49,717 bases of DNA, taken from NCBI GenBank assembly GCA_016748015.1, contig JAAOMT010000706.1, positions 754,679 through 804,395 on the forward strand, in the 5' to 3' direction. Position numbers and translations under genes: made by a program. The notes under the pieces were generated by a model. It made no database searches. It was given only the letters and a program-made list of their open reading frames with translations, and was not told where the DNA came from. This DNA comes from Geosiphon pyriformis uo1 (Eukaryota > Fungi > Glomeromycota). Below, piece after piece: positions 1 to 13,505 of this stretch; the stretch's first letter is position 1, and every line of letters begins with the position of its first letter.

Positions 1-505
1 TCTATTATATACTAAAATTCCTTCTTTAGTTTCTTCATTGAATTTAGATCCACGAAACTGGCTCGATTCATTCAATTTGTTTTCCCGAAGTTCCTTCGTA
101 ACAGTTTATAATAAAAGAATTTCCTATAATTTTCTTTACTACTATGTGATTTGATTGATATTGTTTAAAAAAGCAAGCGAAATTTACCTCAACTGAATTT
201 GCTAGTTATCTGACTGACTGAGCTTATTATAAATTCTTAAAAATTAAAATATTTTTCAGTGATGAATAAATTAGTTAAGTAAATAAGTGAATTTCAAATG
301 CGATATTATATTTTTAAGTGTATCTTAAAACTTTAATTAATAAAATAAAATTTAAATATTTATTTCTATTAGCATTAAAAATTTTAACATCAAGATTTTC
401 TGAATAATTTGGCAAATAAAAAGACCTAGTGTGCCAGTTTTGTGTTTTCCTCACCCCTAATTTCATTCGAAGATTTAAAGTTTAAAAATTTCGACGACTA
501 TTAGA

Positions 506-802
506 ATGTTGCCCAAAGCTATCCTCTTCGCATTATTAATAGTTCTCTATCTCGGTATAGTTGATGCGTTTACGGCTAAGGGATGGCAATTTATCAATTT
601 CAAAGGAAAAGCTACAACCACTAATGTTTCAACTCAATGCCAAAACACGCCGCCTTCGGGGTGGAAATCTTTAAAAGCAATTTCCCCTAGGAACCCAAAA
701 TACAGAGTCTGGTCACAAAGAAATTGCCGAGGTTTCCAACAGACTTATCAAGGGTCAGTCTCCAATTTTCCCTTTTCCGCGATGTCTATTCGGGAATTAT
801 AA
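506..802 (+). CDS. Small secreted cationic protein (98 aa), probable single beta/gamma-crystallin-like (MiAMP1/killer-toxin-like) domain
   Basis: Intronless ORF with higher GC than its flanks. Hydrophobic signal peptide MLPKAILFALLIVLYLGIVDA. Two Greek-key-like motifs WQFINFKG...WKSLK and WSQRNCRG...AMSIR; two Cys. Confidence 0.75.
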   Translation: MLPKAILFALLIVLYLGIVDAFTAKGWQFINFKGKATTTNVSTQCQNTPPSGWKSLKAISPRNPKYRVWSQRNCRGFQQTYQGSVSNFPFSAMSIREL

Positions 803-2099
803 TAAATTTTTTTAACGAAGGAGGACGGAAGGAAATAGATTTTAAGCTTTTATATGAAGCTAAATTAGATAAAATGTTTGTTTTCTTTTAACTATAGATC
901 CCTTTTACTAAATGAATTTAGCAAGACGAATTAGCTTTAGATAAATTGAGATTCTTTTTTACCATTTGTAAAGTACTAGAGAGTTAATTTACATGATCTT
1001 TTATAATAGCTCTCGAAATTAAATGGCAAAATAGAGAATAAATTTGAATCTCGAAATTCAAATTAATCTTTTACATATATTTTCAATGTCTTAAATTTCT
1101 TGGATAAAATATTATCAGTTATCTCTTATACTAAGTATCTTTTCAATGTATCATAGAAAATTAATTGAATTATTATTAAATGCGTTAAGTTTAAACTATC
1201 TAAGAAAAACATGCAAAATATTTATTTAACTATATTCAACTGAAAGATAAAAAGTTTTATTTACAAGTAGCTTCTATATGAATTTAAATAAAATTATATA
1301 TATATATGTTTTAGGTGAATTAAAAATGGCTGAACAGAAAATTACTTTACAAAAAATATTACATGATAAATAAAATTGAAATTTATAATTTTTTTAAAAA
1401 AAATAAGGAATTAGAGAATTCATGCACAAACGGAATTGGATAAAATTTCAAAACAAGTCTTTCCAAGGTTTGAATCTAATCTCAATAAATAGTTAAGGAA
1501 AAAATCCTATCTTTTTTGGCAAAAATTTTAGCCAATATTTATTTCATTAAATATTCGTTTTTGCATGGCTATAGCAATTGGAAGATAAATTAACGGGGTA
1601 CTTCGTAATTACACATATTTAGGGGCACCAAAAAGGCTGAAGCCTATTTTGTTGCACATATAAAATTATTAATAAAATTGTAATTCGTTGGCTGTGTTTT
1701 GTTGGTTTGTCAGAATTTACATAAAAACAAGATTTTTTTTCAAACCTAGTAGAAAAATTCTTTAGTTTAATATAAATGTGAGTTTGCTTTTGACTTTCCT
1801 AAAATAATATGATGTGTTCTTTATATAATAGTGTATAATTTTGATAACAGTTTAAGAAATAATGTTAAAGCAAAAAAGATAATCTGCAACAAGAATATTT
1901 TGAGGCTTTAATCTATCATCTTCAAGCTATTTTTTTGTTTGAAAAATCAAGTAGAAAGGAAACCTTCTACTATTATCTTTTCAGTGTGCGGCAATTAATC
2001 CAATTATTCGCATTCTTTTGAAACTTTGCACAAAGTATTCAAAACTGATGGGAGAGCCTGTCTGGTGTTTTCACTCAAAAAATTGGTTAAAAGAGTTAT

Positions 2100-5000
2100 C
2101 ATATTAATTATTCCTACAAAATATATATTATAAAATGTGCCAAAAATTAAAAAAATAACATGTTTTCAGTATTAGCAATAATCGTGCAAAAAGTGGCTGA
2201 AATCATTGTTATAACTGAAGTTTCAATCTGAAATATATTTATTCTAATATTTTAATTATTTTAATTACATCATTTAAGTATTAATTATTTCTGTTGTTAA
2301 ATACTTAATTTAGTAAAAGCATCGGTATTTTAATAATATTAAATTTTGTAGTTGTATTCATCCAAATAAAATATTCAGCAAGTTATTTGTCAATTTTTAA
2401 TTAACTGGTTTCTAATATTTGTAATATATAAAAAAAATTAAACCAGCTTTTAACACCAAAACTATGTCAAAAGTAGTTTCATTTAGCTTTTTTTATATTG
2501 TCAATAAAACATTTATTAAAATTGTTATAAGACCAAAAATTAAATTTTTTCTTTATCTTAATTTTTTTGGTTTTTACATTTTCTTGGAGTTTTTATTGTT
2601 AATTAAAGTAATAATGCTAATTTTGCGTTTTTTTATTTTTTTATTGTTATTAAATTCATCTTTATTATTAGAGATTGACTGTTGCTTAACTATTTCTTAA
2701 AAAACAGTTTAATGTTGGTACTTAATCACAATAGATTACTTTTTATTTTTGATGGTTAGTTTACAATTTTTGAAATTTAGCAAAATTTTGACATTTTTCA
2801 GCTATTTGTTGTTAATAATAATTGTGTAGTTTTTGATATTAGAAATTTCATGTCAGTTTTAATGCAAACTCTATTAATCTAAATGAGTTTCGCAATTCCA
2901 TATCTTTTTTTATCGTTATCAGCATTGGTCATTAAAAAAAGTTAAAAGCTTATTTATTTTCCTTTCAATTGTTTTTTAATAGTGTTTGGCTATAACACTA
3001 GCAAATAATCTACTATTCAAAATTAAATTAATAAATTACCCAGCTATTTAAGCTTTGCAAATCAAAAAATTTACATTGCTAATATTTGTGAAATAACTTG
3101 GCAAAGATTTTTATTAGTTTTTGGAACATTTTTGGATTTTTATAAAATTTTTTGGAAATTCTAAATTTTTCGAAGTCTTTATTTTTAATTTTCCATTTTT
3201 CTCAATTATTGAAAAAAAAATGGCAGTGAAGTTAAATTCAAAATTTACTTTGGCTTTTTTTAATTTGTGTGGTCAAACGTTTTATTAATTAATTTTTTTA
3301 CTTTTTAATCTTTGTTATTTAAATTGAAGCTAAATACAAAATATATTTTTTGGCTTGTATTCTTACTTTTAAGAAGTGTAATTATTAATGTAAATATTAT
3401 GCTTAAGCTTAGCTAAGTTTTAATTGTTGTTGTTGGTGCTTTTATTATTTTGAAAATTGGTGAAATCAAAAAATAATATTGCAATTTTGAAAAATTTTTC
3501 AGTATTTTTACAACAATAACAAACTGAAGAGCTACAATTCTGTTGGTGCAAATTAAAAAATTGTTTTTTTCGATTGTTTGTAATTGGAGTTTTTGATTTT
3601 TATAAACTGCTTAAGTTAAAGGCTCCAATGATAAAACAAAAATTGGTTATTAATTTATCAATTAGTCTTTTATTGGAATTTTGAATTTAAGCAACAAATA
3701 ATATAGCAGTCATTTATAAAGCTAGAGTTAAGATAAAACTATTTTTTTTCAATATTTTTTGGTTAGTTGCAATTTTTGGGCAAGTTCAATAATTATTTTT
3801 AAAGCAAAAAAATTAATAAATTGGTTTTCAATAATTGTTAATTTGTTTAATTTTTTTAAATTTATTTATTTATTTAATTGAGCATTTAATTGATTTGACA
3901 TATTTGGTTACAATTCTTTTATATTTTTTGTGTGTTTGGCTTAAGTTTATTTTCGATTTGAATATTAAAACAGAAACTCTAAATTTTTTTCAAATTAAAT
4001 AGCAAAAAATATGGTATTTTGACAAAATTACTAAATACCTATCTTATTATTTTTTGGTGGCTTCTTTTACAGCTTTTTGTAAAGACTATGTTGCTGGAAA
4101 ATCTTGGAAATAATTTTCAATGAATTAAAATTTAGATTATTATTAATCTTATTAACTATAACAATTTTTTGGAAATTTTGAGCATTTGTTTTGCATAATA
4201 AAAAATTTTGTATTTTGTTGTCAAAGCAGCTTGAATGTTTTAAAGAGCTAACAATGTGTTGTTGTCAAAAACAGCTATTGGTTTAAGTGTAATAAATATC
4301 AAATTCATTTAAAAAAATAAGAAAATAAGAGCTACTTATTAGCTTTTGTTTTTTAAATATAAAATTTGATAATTTAAATGGTTAAAAATAAGTGAACTGA
4401 ATGAAATTTCGAAATTCTTTACTAAATTTTTGTTTAACTGAATAACAAATCAAGCAAAAAAAAGTATTTTTCAATTTAATCTAAATCATTTTCAATATAA
4501 ACAGTAAAATGTGTTTTGTAACAACAGTATATAATTGCTTATACAATAAATAACAATTTGAATATATAAACAATCTTAATTAATATAATTGGTTTTAAAA
4601 TTACGATTAATTTTTTCGAAAAAATCAGAGAATAGAAAAATATTTGTAATTGTCAACAAAAATAATACAGCTATTATAATTTGATGTCTCAACTAATACT
4701 TTTTAGAATTCATTAACAAATGTTAATTATTTTTAATAATTGTTTATTTAAGAGATTTATTTATTTTTAAGTTAGTTTTAATAAAATAGAAACAAAAAAT
4801 ATGTCAGGTTGATTTTGATTTGAAGAATTTAATTAATCTTTTACTCTAAAATGTTTAAATTTAAGAAAAATAATCATATCTTTTTTTATTATAGTTTGAA
4901 AAGTATTACTTATAGCTAATAAAAAATACAAATATTTAAATTAATAATTTGGTTAGCAATCAGATTAATAAAATAATAGATAATAAAACTGTTATTGCCA

Positions 5001-7250
5001 ACCAATATGACAATAAATATAAATTTTTAATTTTAGTTAATATGGTTTTTACAAAAAACAGCAGTTGGCGTTTACAAAAAAATAGTAAAATAATTATCTA
5101 AAAACATTAAGAAAAGTAAACAATTTTTTACTAGTCGATTAAAAATTTTAAACTTCTATTTTAAGATTTAAATAAAAAATAAAAATGAAAAAAACCTGAA
5201 AAAATTGTTACCAAATATGCTTAAGCGATCCAAAAGTTAATAAAACAATAAATTGAATAAAAACTAAACTGAAAAAAAATAAAATTTGCTCTTTGGTCTT
5301 TTTTTTATTAAAAAAATAATTTTTTTTTAAATATAGCTATTAACAAATCAAAATAACCAAAAAATGCCCTTGAGGAATATATTTTGTTTTTGTTTTACAA
5401 ATAGCTATTACATTATTTGCTACTTTGGTTTAAAATCTAATTAAAGAATTGACCAATTTTGAACAATTATTAAAACTCTAAATTTAATAATTAAAGATTC
5501 AAAAACTCAAATATGAACTGCGATATAATTAGTAACAATTGACTTTTAACTTTAGACAACAACATTATAAGTTTTTAATTATATTTAGTTATAATAGATT
5601 GTATAACTATAAATTATAACAGATAAGAAAATAATATTTTATAAAAAGATAATGAAAAATATATACAAAAACACATCTATAAAAAACAAATATTTGTAAA
5701 TTATTTTAATAAAATAAAAACATTAAGTATTTTTGGTTTAAAAATAGGTAAGTATTAATTTTTTTTGTTATTTTAATAAAAATATTAGTTATATTTTTTA
5801 AATTTGTAACAATTTTCTTTTATTTTTCCAATAACAACAATTAAAATAATAAAAAACAATAACAATCATATTAAGAATTCAAATTTAATAAAACCAATTT
5901 TTATTTCTTTGAAAAAATTTTTTAACACACATATTAATATTTTAACTAATAGACTTATTTTTTGAAAATAAAGGTACAAACCGAAAAATTACTTATTTGA
6001 ATTTAATTTTAATAATAAAAGCCTTAAAAATTAATTAGCAAGCTATTTGACTACACAAGATCAAAAAAAGCCAAAATAAATTTTAATTTAACATTATTGT
6101 TTTTTTATTGAAAAAAATAAACAAAACTTTTAAAAATGTACTAAATTTAAAATTTTAGATTTTATTTAATAATAAGCATTACAGTTTACATAATTAATAA
6201 TTTATTCCCAGCTTTAAAAAAAGCTTGCAAAAATTTTTGATTTCAAAAAAATTTCAAATGTCTCCATTGAATTAATTTAGCAAACAACAACATTTCTTTT
6301 TTAATTTGTAAAGCTTAAGTAATAGTATTAAGAAAAAGATTTTTTTGTAGCATTAAAATTATTATTTTCTTTTTTCAAAGTTTTAATTATTTTAATGTGA
6401 TAAGTAAAAATAACGAATTTCTGTTCAAATTTTAATTGTATGTTAGCATTTTTTAATAATTTAAATTGTTTTATATACCAATTTTTTAATTTTCCGCTGT
6501 AAAAATTTCAGATTTATAATTAAAACCAAAATTTTGGAATTTCGCAAACTGTTCAAGATATTTAATTTCAATAATTACAATTTGTTAAAAAGATTAATTG
6601 TTAAATTATTTTCAAATTAATTAATTATAATAGTATTATGCATGATTTTCAAAAAATAATAAATTAATTTCATTAAACAATTATAAAAATTTGTTTGGAT
6701 CTAAGAATTCTAAATCTAAATTAATTGAACCAAAGTGGTATTTAATCAACCTTTAGATTTATTAATTATAACAAAAGAAAAGAAATTCCAAATGAAATTT
6801 TAGTTTTTTTTTAGTCATGATTTGAAAAAAAGAGATTTGGTTTAGTAAGTTGTATTTATTTTAAGTATTAAAACCCTTAAACTTTTTAAAAATGCATTTT
6901 TGAAAAAAGAATCTTTTATATATTTAATGTAATAATATTTTAAAATAAAAATCAAATCTAGCAATATATTGAGAATTTCACGAAATTTTTTCAAATTTCG
7001 CTCAAAGTATTCAAACTTTTTATTGTTACCTAACTTAAAATAATGCATTATTTAATTATAATATTTAGTTACACTTGTAAATTATTACAAAGGAGATAGT
7101 TTGAAAAAATGGTTTGCATTTAATGAATTAAGTTGTGGTAAATTTCTTGAAAATTTATTAAAAATTATAATTACCTTTAAATAACTAACTTAAGTTACGC
7201 AATGACTGTAGAAATAAAATATTATTAATTTATAATTTTTAAAATATTAC
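2100..7250. mobile_element. AT-rich block of heavily decayed repeat/transposon relics
   Basis: No credible ORFs and very low GC. Two diverged copies of one repeat in inverted orientation (3224-3293 minus vs 6030-6099 plus). Boundaries approximate. Confidence 0.6.
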
Positions 7251-8254
7251 AGGTGCTTAAATTATACCACATAATATTATCTAGCAATATTTAAAAAGAG
7301 AAAAAATCAAGCTATCCTCTCAAAAGTAAATGTTTTTTCTCAGGTTAAATTGACTCAATAAATCTGACATTATTACTAATCTGAAAGCTTTTCAGTTATA
7401 AAATTCAGAAAATAGTAAATGAAATTCATGACACATATTTTAAAGCCTAAATCAAAAAGTTGATATTATTTTTTTATAAAAAATAAAATTTCAATGATTT
7501 TATTAATAGTGTAAAATTATTTGAATGATAATTTTTAGCACATTATTAAAAATACCGTGAAACATTAAAAATATAATTCAATTTAAATAATTCATATTTT
7601 AAGATAATTTAGTGAGTAAATTTCGATAATGTGTATAAATAATTTGTTCAAAATAACAAAAAAATTGATTTATTTTAACCAAAAATATTGAAATATTGTT
7701 AATAAAATAAAACTATTTAAAATAATCAATATTTTTTTGATTCGCGTTTAAGAGAAATTTTTCATATTTAAAATCTTGTACCAATTATAGATTTTTCTCG
7801 AATTAAACTACATAATAATCTGGTCTAAATTTACTTATTTATAATAAATTGCAACGATCATTAAGATCTGTACAAATTGTATATTATAAGAAATTAGATA
7901 TTATTATATTTAATATAAAACATCAAAAAGCTATTTAAAATAGTACTTGCTATTTATATTAAATATAAATTTATTTAACTTTTGTATTGAATAAAAATGA
8001 ATATTAAAAAAACTTTTGCATTGAATAAAAATGAAGAATAAAAACAAGTAAAATAAAATCTTTTTTAAATATGATCAAGTTAAAAAGTTATAGAATAAGT
8101 GCTAAATAATATAACTTGAAAATTTGTATTTTTTAATCACATTTATTTTGATAACAAATATCATGTTCATGTAAATATTATGATCATAAAAGTTCCACTT
8201 TTGTCAATAAAAAATAAAACACCTCTATGAAAATAATAAAATCACATATGGAAA

Positions 8255-10187
8255 TTAAAGAGTGGCTACCACTGCTTTCTTATTTCCATCATCTTGAGAT
8301 TTCTTATAATAATTGCTTTCTAAAATGACTTGCTCTTCAAAATCAATATCTTTATTTTCCTTTCCAAATGCAACTACTACCAACCGTAAGACAGCTGCGA
8401 TTACCAACAATATCGCTTGAACAGGAGCATAATTTGGTGTACCATCACGAAATGCAAATTTTTCAGCAAATAGTGCTTCAACTTGGGCCGAATAAGCGCC
8501 TAAGATGCTTCCAATATGGGGAACGAGACCCAAATAAACGCTTCTTACTGAAGGCGGTGCTAGTTCACTCAGATATGCCGCAACAACGCTCCAATAACCC
8601 TAAATGGTGAAAATTTTTAGCACATTTTTAAAAATAAACTCACCAATTTAAACATCTGAGTCATTATCAGATAATTAAAATTTTCTTACATCGCTAAAAA
8701 AATACACGCAAAAGGATCCAAATGCCATTGTTGGCAAATTCAGGCTTGTTATGCATGTTAATGGAAGGAAAGCTACAGAGAGTATTGATGCAAAAATAAT
8801 AATCCGTTTTCTTCCCAGGTACTGGGACAAATAGCTAAAAGCTGCGCCCCCCAATACGGCACCAATAGCCGATAATATTGATATTATAAATATCTGTTCT
8901 GGATTATATCCCATTTGTAGTTTCAAAAATGTTGGGTAGAGATCATAATATCCTAGGAATTAATATTCAAGTTGTTAATAGGAAGAATTATAAAAAAGGC
9001 TATCTAGTTAAAAAGTTACCACGAGGGAGGTTATATGTTCCCATGAGGAGAATACCAAAGAAAAATCTGCCCCAGTAATTTTTTATCAAATATTTCGTTT
9101 CATTTAACCATGTCTTGCCAGAAGCCCGACGAGCATCACGTTGTTGACGCCACAATGGAGATTCTGGTACCCAGATACGAGCAAATGCCACAAGAATCGC
9201 AGGGATTGAACCAATCCAGAACATTGCCCGCCAACCCAACGGTTCTATTGCGAGGTAATAGAGCATTGCCCCAAAAAAGAGCCCTGCTGTGTATCCTATT
9301 TGGAGTATTCCAGAAAATAGTCTAACACAATGGAGATTGTGAATTATTAATAACTTTCAGAAAGAATTTTGTAAAATGTGAATTTTTTTACACATACCCA
9401 CGACTTTCTGATGGTATATTTTCCATTGCTAAGGTGACACTTAATCCCCACTCCCCACCCAATGCAAGTCCAAAAATTAGGCGTATCAGCAAAAATACCT
9501 GAAAGTTTGGAGCAAAGCTACTTCCTATTTCGAGGATGCTAAACAGTAAGATATTAATCATAAATGGCCATTTTCTGCCATATTTTTCGGCTGCTACGCC
9601 AGAGAGAAAAGCTCCAACAGGGCGCAGGAAGACGGTAACGGTTATGCTATAAAATAACAAGAAAATACCTCCTGACAACCGGAAGAGATTTTTAAAAGAA
9701 AAATGATTTCATTTTCTTTTGTAAAATACCTTGATGCTATAACTGATGGTTTTAGATCAAACTCCTTGGCAATATAGGGCAATGCATAAGTAATTAATGT
9801 AGAATCAAAAGCATCCAATGTCCAGCCCAGCCAGGCACATAAGAATGTCAACGCTAAATATTTGGCATTGAGTTTCGAGGTGTAAGATAAAAAACATATG
9901 TAAGACCATAAAAATTCAAACGGCCAATATCGCACCTTGGAGTCTATTCAAGGAAGTGAATATTTTCCATGGATTTTCGAGATTTTTCTTTTTTGATTTA
10001 GGAGCGATGCTGGTCTTTTCAGCATTATCCGACTTGGCTACCCTTATTATGGACTCTGGTAATATCTTTTTCTATCCATGCGATTTTCCAAGTTAGTTGG
10101 ATCTTTTAAGAGTAAAAGACACTTTGCACAGGCTTGAGAAGTATGAATTTGACCTATTACCTCACTAGAATCCACTTCAGTAGGCAT
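8255..10187 (-). CDS. MFS carboxylate transporter, JEN1/sialate:H+ symporter-like family (multi-exon)
   Basis: Spliced reconstruction: MPTEVDSSE | KKILPES...NPWKIFTSLNRLQ | ...WLGWTLDAFDST..., LRPVGAFLSGVAAEKYGRKWP, GLALGGEWG, ESRG, GWRAMFWIGSIPA, VPESP, DLYPTFL, YLSELAPPSVRS. GT-AG introns. Confidence 0.88.
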
Positions 10188-11011
10188 TTCAAAAGTGCTA
10201 TCAAAGACACTTTAATTAGGCAAGGAAACTTTCCCAGTCTAATCTGAATGAGAAATTAGGAAATCTTTTGGCTTTAATGTTTCCGTGAGAAATACAAACG
10301 AGTCAAGCAATAAATATGTGAAAAGACAAAGACATAGCAATTAATAATCACCCAGTCTCTGAGAAGCCCGCTCGATTAATTTCCTTTTAGGATTGGGATC
10401 CGGTTTATTCAATATTAATATATATTTGATCTTTGAATTTGAAAATACTGTCAATTTTGCGCTCATTTGTTCCAAAAGATGGAAGAGAAAATCTGAGAAA
10501 AATGGGTGATGCAAATTTCGCCACGACAAAATATTTGTGCTCCTACCTTTTTTAGCTGAAAGATATTCATGTATTTTTTTCTATATAATAAATGTAAAAA
10601 GTGGCAAATTATATTATTTGTGGGCGAAACAAATAAATAAAATTGTGGAAATTATGATTACTAATGATTGATTGGAAAATTCCGACAATATTTAGGATTC
10701 CAGATAAAACAATTTAAAAATTACGCGTTAAAAAAAAACAATTCAATCTATCAAAATATTTCTCAAATTTAACCGTGACTTATTGGCTAATAAAAATGAC
10801 TTGCTTTAAAATAAAATTTATAAATCTATTTTTTTTTAAAATATAGAGCTAAACATTCCTTATCTGAATTATATATTTGATGCCTTAACTTACTAATATT
10901 TGCCACATTCAAACAGGGGTCAATTAACAATAAGTTTTGTTGAAAAATATGGTTGTATAAAATATAAAAAAAACTTTAGACGTAACGTTTAAAAAACATT
11001 GAAAATTCCTA

Positions 11012-12441
11012 ATGAGTAAATTTTTCTCTCTGCTTTTTATCCTGCTTGGCATTTACAATGGTCTTGTAAACTGCTACTCAAAGAAAGTATTAAGAATTCC
11101 ATTGACAAAACCACCTCTTTTGAATCAGTCATTGATCCAAGCAAGAAGAATCCGCCCAACATTCCTAAAGCACGAATATATTAGATCAGGCTCCCTCACA
11201 TTTCCCTTGTCCTTCAATGAAAACTTCCTATCTTCAGATGTGGGATCATTAGAACTTGAAAATGTAGGTTACGATAACGGATATAAAGGAACGATATTGA
11301 TCGGTGACAAAAACTTAAGCATGCTTTTTGATACCGCCTCAACAGATATGTGGGTTACCGGTGTTGATTGTCAAAGTTTTGACGGCTCTTGCGAAAGGAC
11401 AAAAAATAAATTTGATCCTAATACAGAAACGTTTACTTTATCACCAGTACGAGAAGATAGGTTACAACATATATATGGGAAAGGTTCTGTGTCTGGAGTT
11501 TTAGGATTCGCAAAAGTAAATATAGCTGAACTTAAAATCGACCAAATGAAAATTGGAGTAACAACAGCGGAGCAAGGACACCTACAATTTCAATATGATG
11601 GTTTAGTTGGTTTGGGATTGCACAAAGATGAGATCGCAGATAAAAGAAGTTTGTTTAATGAGTTATTGGCGAATGGCCAGTTGAAGAATCCTTTTTTTTC
11701 ATTTTATTTCTCAAGGATAAAAGATGGCGATGGAAAGGGGTATTTGACTCTCGGTGGATTACCAAAAGGAAAATGGAAAGGCGAGTGGGTGGAAAACAAA
11801 GTGATAGTAGATGATGATGGGTACTGGAAAATTAAAATTGATAAAATTAGCATGACTAGACTGTCACTTATTAAAGGTGATTTCAAGGAAACCCTACGCA
11901 CTCAGTTTAAGAATCGGTTCGCTATCATTGATACAGGTAAAAATTCAAAAAATGTATTCTTGAATATTATTTATAATTAAATTTGAAACTGCTTTTTTTG
12001 AATCAGGATCGACATTGGTAAGTGTACCTTTAACAGATGCCGTCGCAATTCACCAAGAAATTCTGGACTCAGAGGAGCTTTTATATGCTCCAGGATTTTA
12101 TTCAATTCCGGTAAAGACCAGCTAGAAAATTTGAATTTCTTGACTCCCAACAAATTTTCCAACACTGATATTTCTCATATTGAAAATGCCTTTTATAGTG
12201 TGACACGAAAATAATAATCACATTATACTTCAATGGCATCCCTTTTGATATTAATCCAAAAGATTTAGCTGGTCGTCAAATTAATGAAAAACGATGTATA
12301 TCAGGAATCGCCGGTGACGATACTTTTGGTTCGGAGACGTGGCTAGTTGGTGATGTGTTTTTGAAGAATGTGGTTTCGGTGTTTTACCCAAAGGTACCTT
12401 CAATTCAGTTGGCGAGGTCAATTAATGCTTTGAAAATATAG
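11012..12441 (+). CDS. Secreted aspartic protease, pepsin family A1 (3 exons)
   Basis: Signal peptide and propeptide. First catalytic motif FDTASTDMWV, flap YGKGSVSG, DGLVGLG, second motif IIDTG|STL split by an intron near 11937, C-terminal WLVGDVFLKNVVSVF. Stop TAG at 12439-12441. Confidence 0.92.
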
Positions 12442-13505
12442 TTTGAATTACATATAGTATTTAAAAATGAGTAGATGAAGTCGAAATCGGATTCATTATT
12501 CAGTGTAATACCTATGGAGATATTTGGCATGCAAAATATTCTAGGAGAAAGATATTATTTATGAAAAAATCAGATATTTTTCATGGTCCCAAGTCACATT
12601 ACCATTTTTATTCTAAAATTATATGCTTTATAATTAAAGATATTTTTCCTATGATCAAATTTTTTTGACCCTATCAAATATATTTTATAAAATTTTTTAA
12701 CTGAAATTCTTTTAAAGAGAGAGGTATTCTTAAAAAAGAAATATCTATAATAGTCTTTTACCAAGATAATATAGTAGTCTGCCTTAAGAGAGATGGCTAA
12801 TTTGTGCTTTTCCCTTTGGCCTTCTTTCCCTTGGTGTTGCACTCTGTTTGTTTTTTATAGTTGATATGGAGAAAGGATAAAAAAGAAGATTTAGTTTTTC
12901 TGTTCAATCTGTTTCTTTCTCTCAACAAGGAAAAAACGTGCATAAGGTTCTTTTTCCAGCTGAATTTTTACTAAAGTAATGTAGAAATATTACTTTATAT
13001 TAGGACCTTTCACCTCGTTTTGTATTTTGGCAAATTAATCATTGGCCGCTTCTTTTAGATTTCTTGAAAGCAGAACTTTAAAGACGCAACAAATGATCCA
13101 TATTTCAAGGATGATTCACATTAAAATGAAAATATCTTAGTGCTATATAAAACGTTTGATGTTAAAGTATAATGGGATTTCTTGTGGTTTTCATATAGAT
13201 TAACTGTTTTTGAAAGGCGTATTCTCGATTGAGACAGAAATACTTTTTCTGTAAATTGTAGGGCTTCTTCATGAGATGAAGCTATAAGACAATTTGCTTC
13301 TTGAAAAATCCTTTAATTCATTTTGTGCTTCCAATATTTTTGTTAAAATTAAAGTTTAGCCCATTAAATCAACAAATTAGAAAATACATAATACACAATA
13401 CATAACACATAATACATAGATTGATAAAATTCTAAGTTCAAAAGAATATTAGATGTGAGTTGAAAGATTAGCTTCCCTTTTAGACCATAAAAGGTGAAAT
13501 GAAAA

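Noticed and set aside
2464-2700. 78-aa hydrophobic ORF (likewise 6842-7048, 12594-12842, 26487-26741, 49149-49391)
   Set aside because: F/I/L/K-rich translations expected by chance from AT-rich DNA; no motifs.
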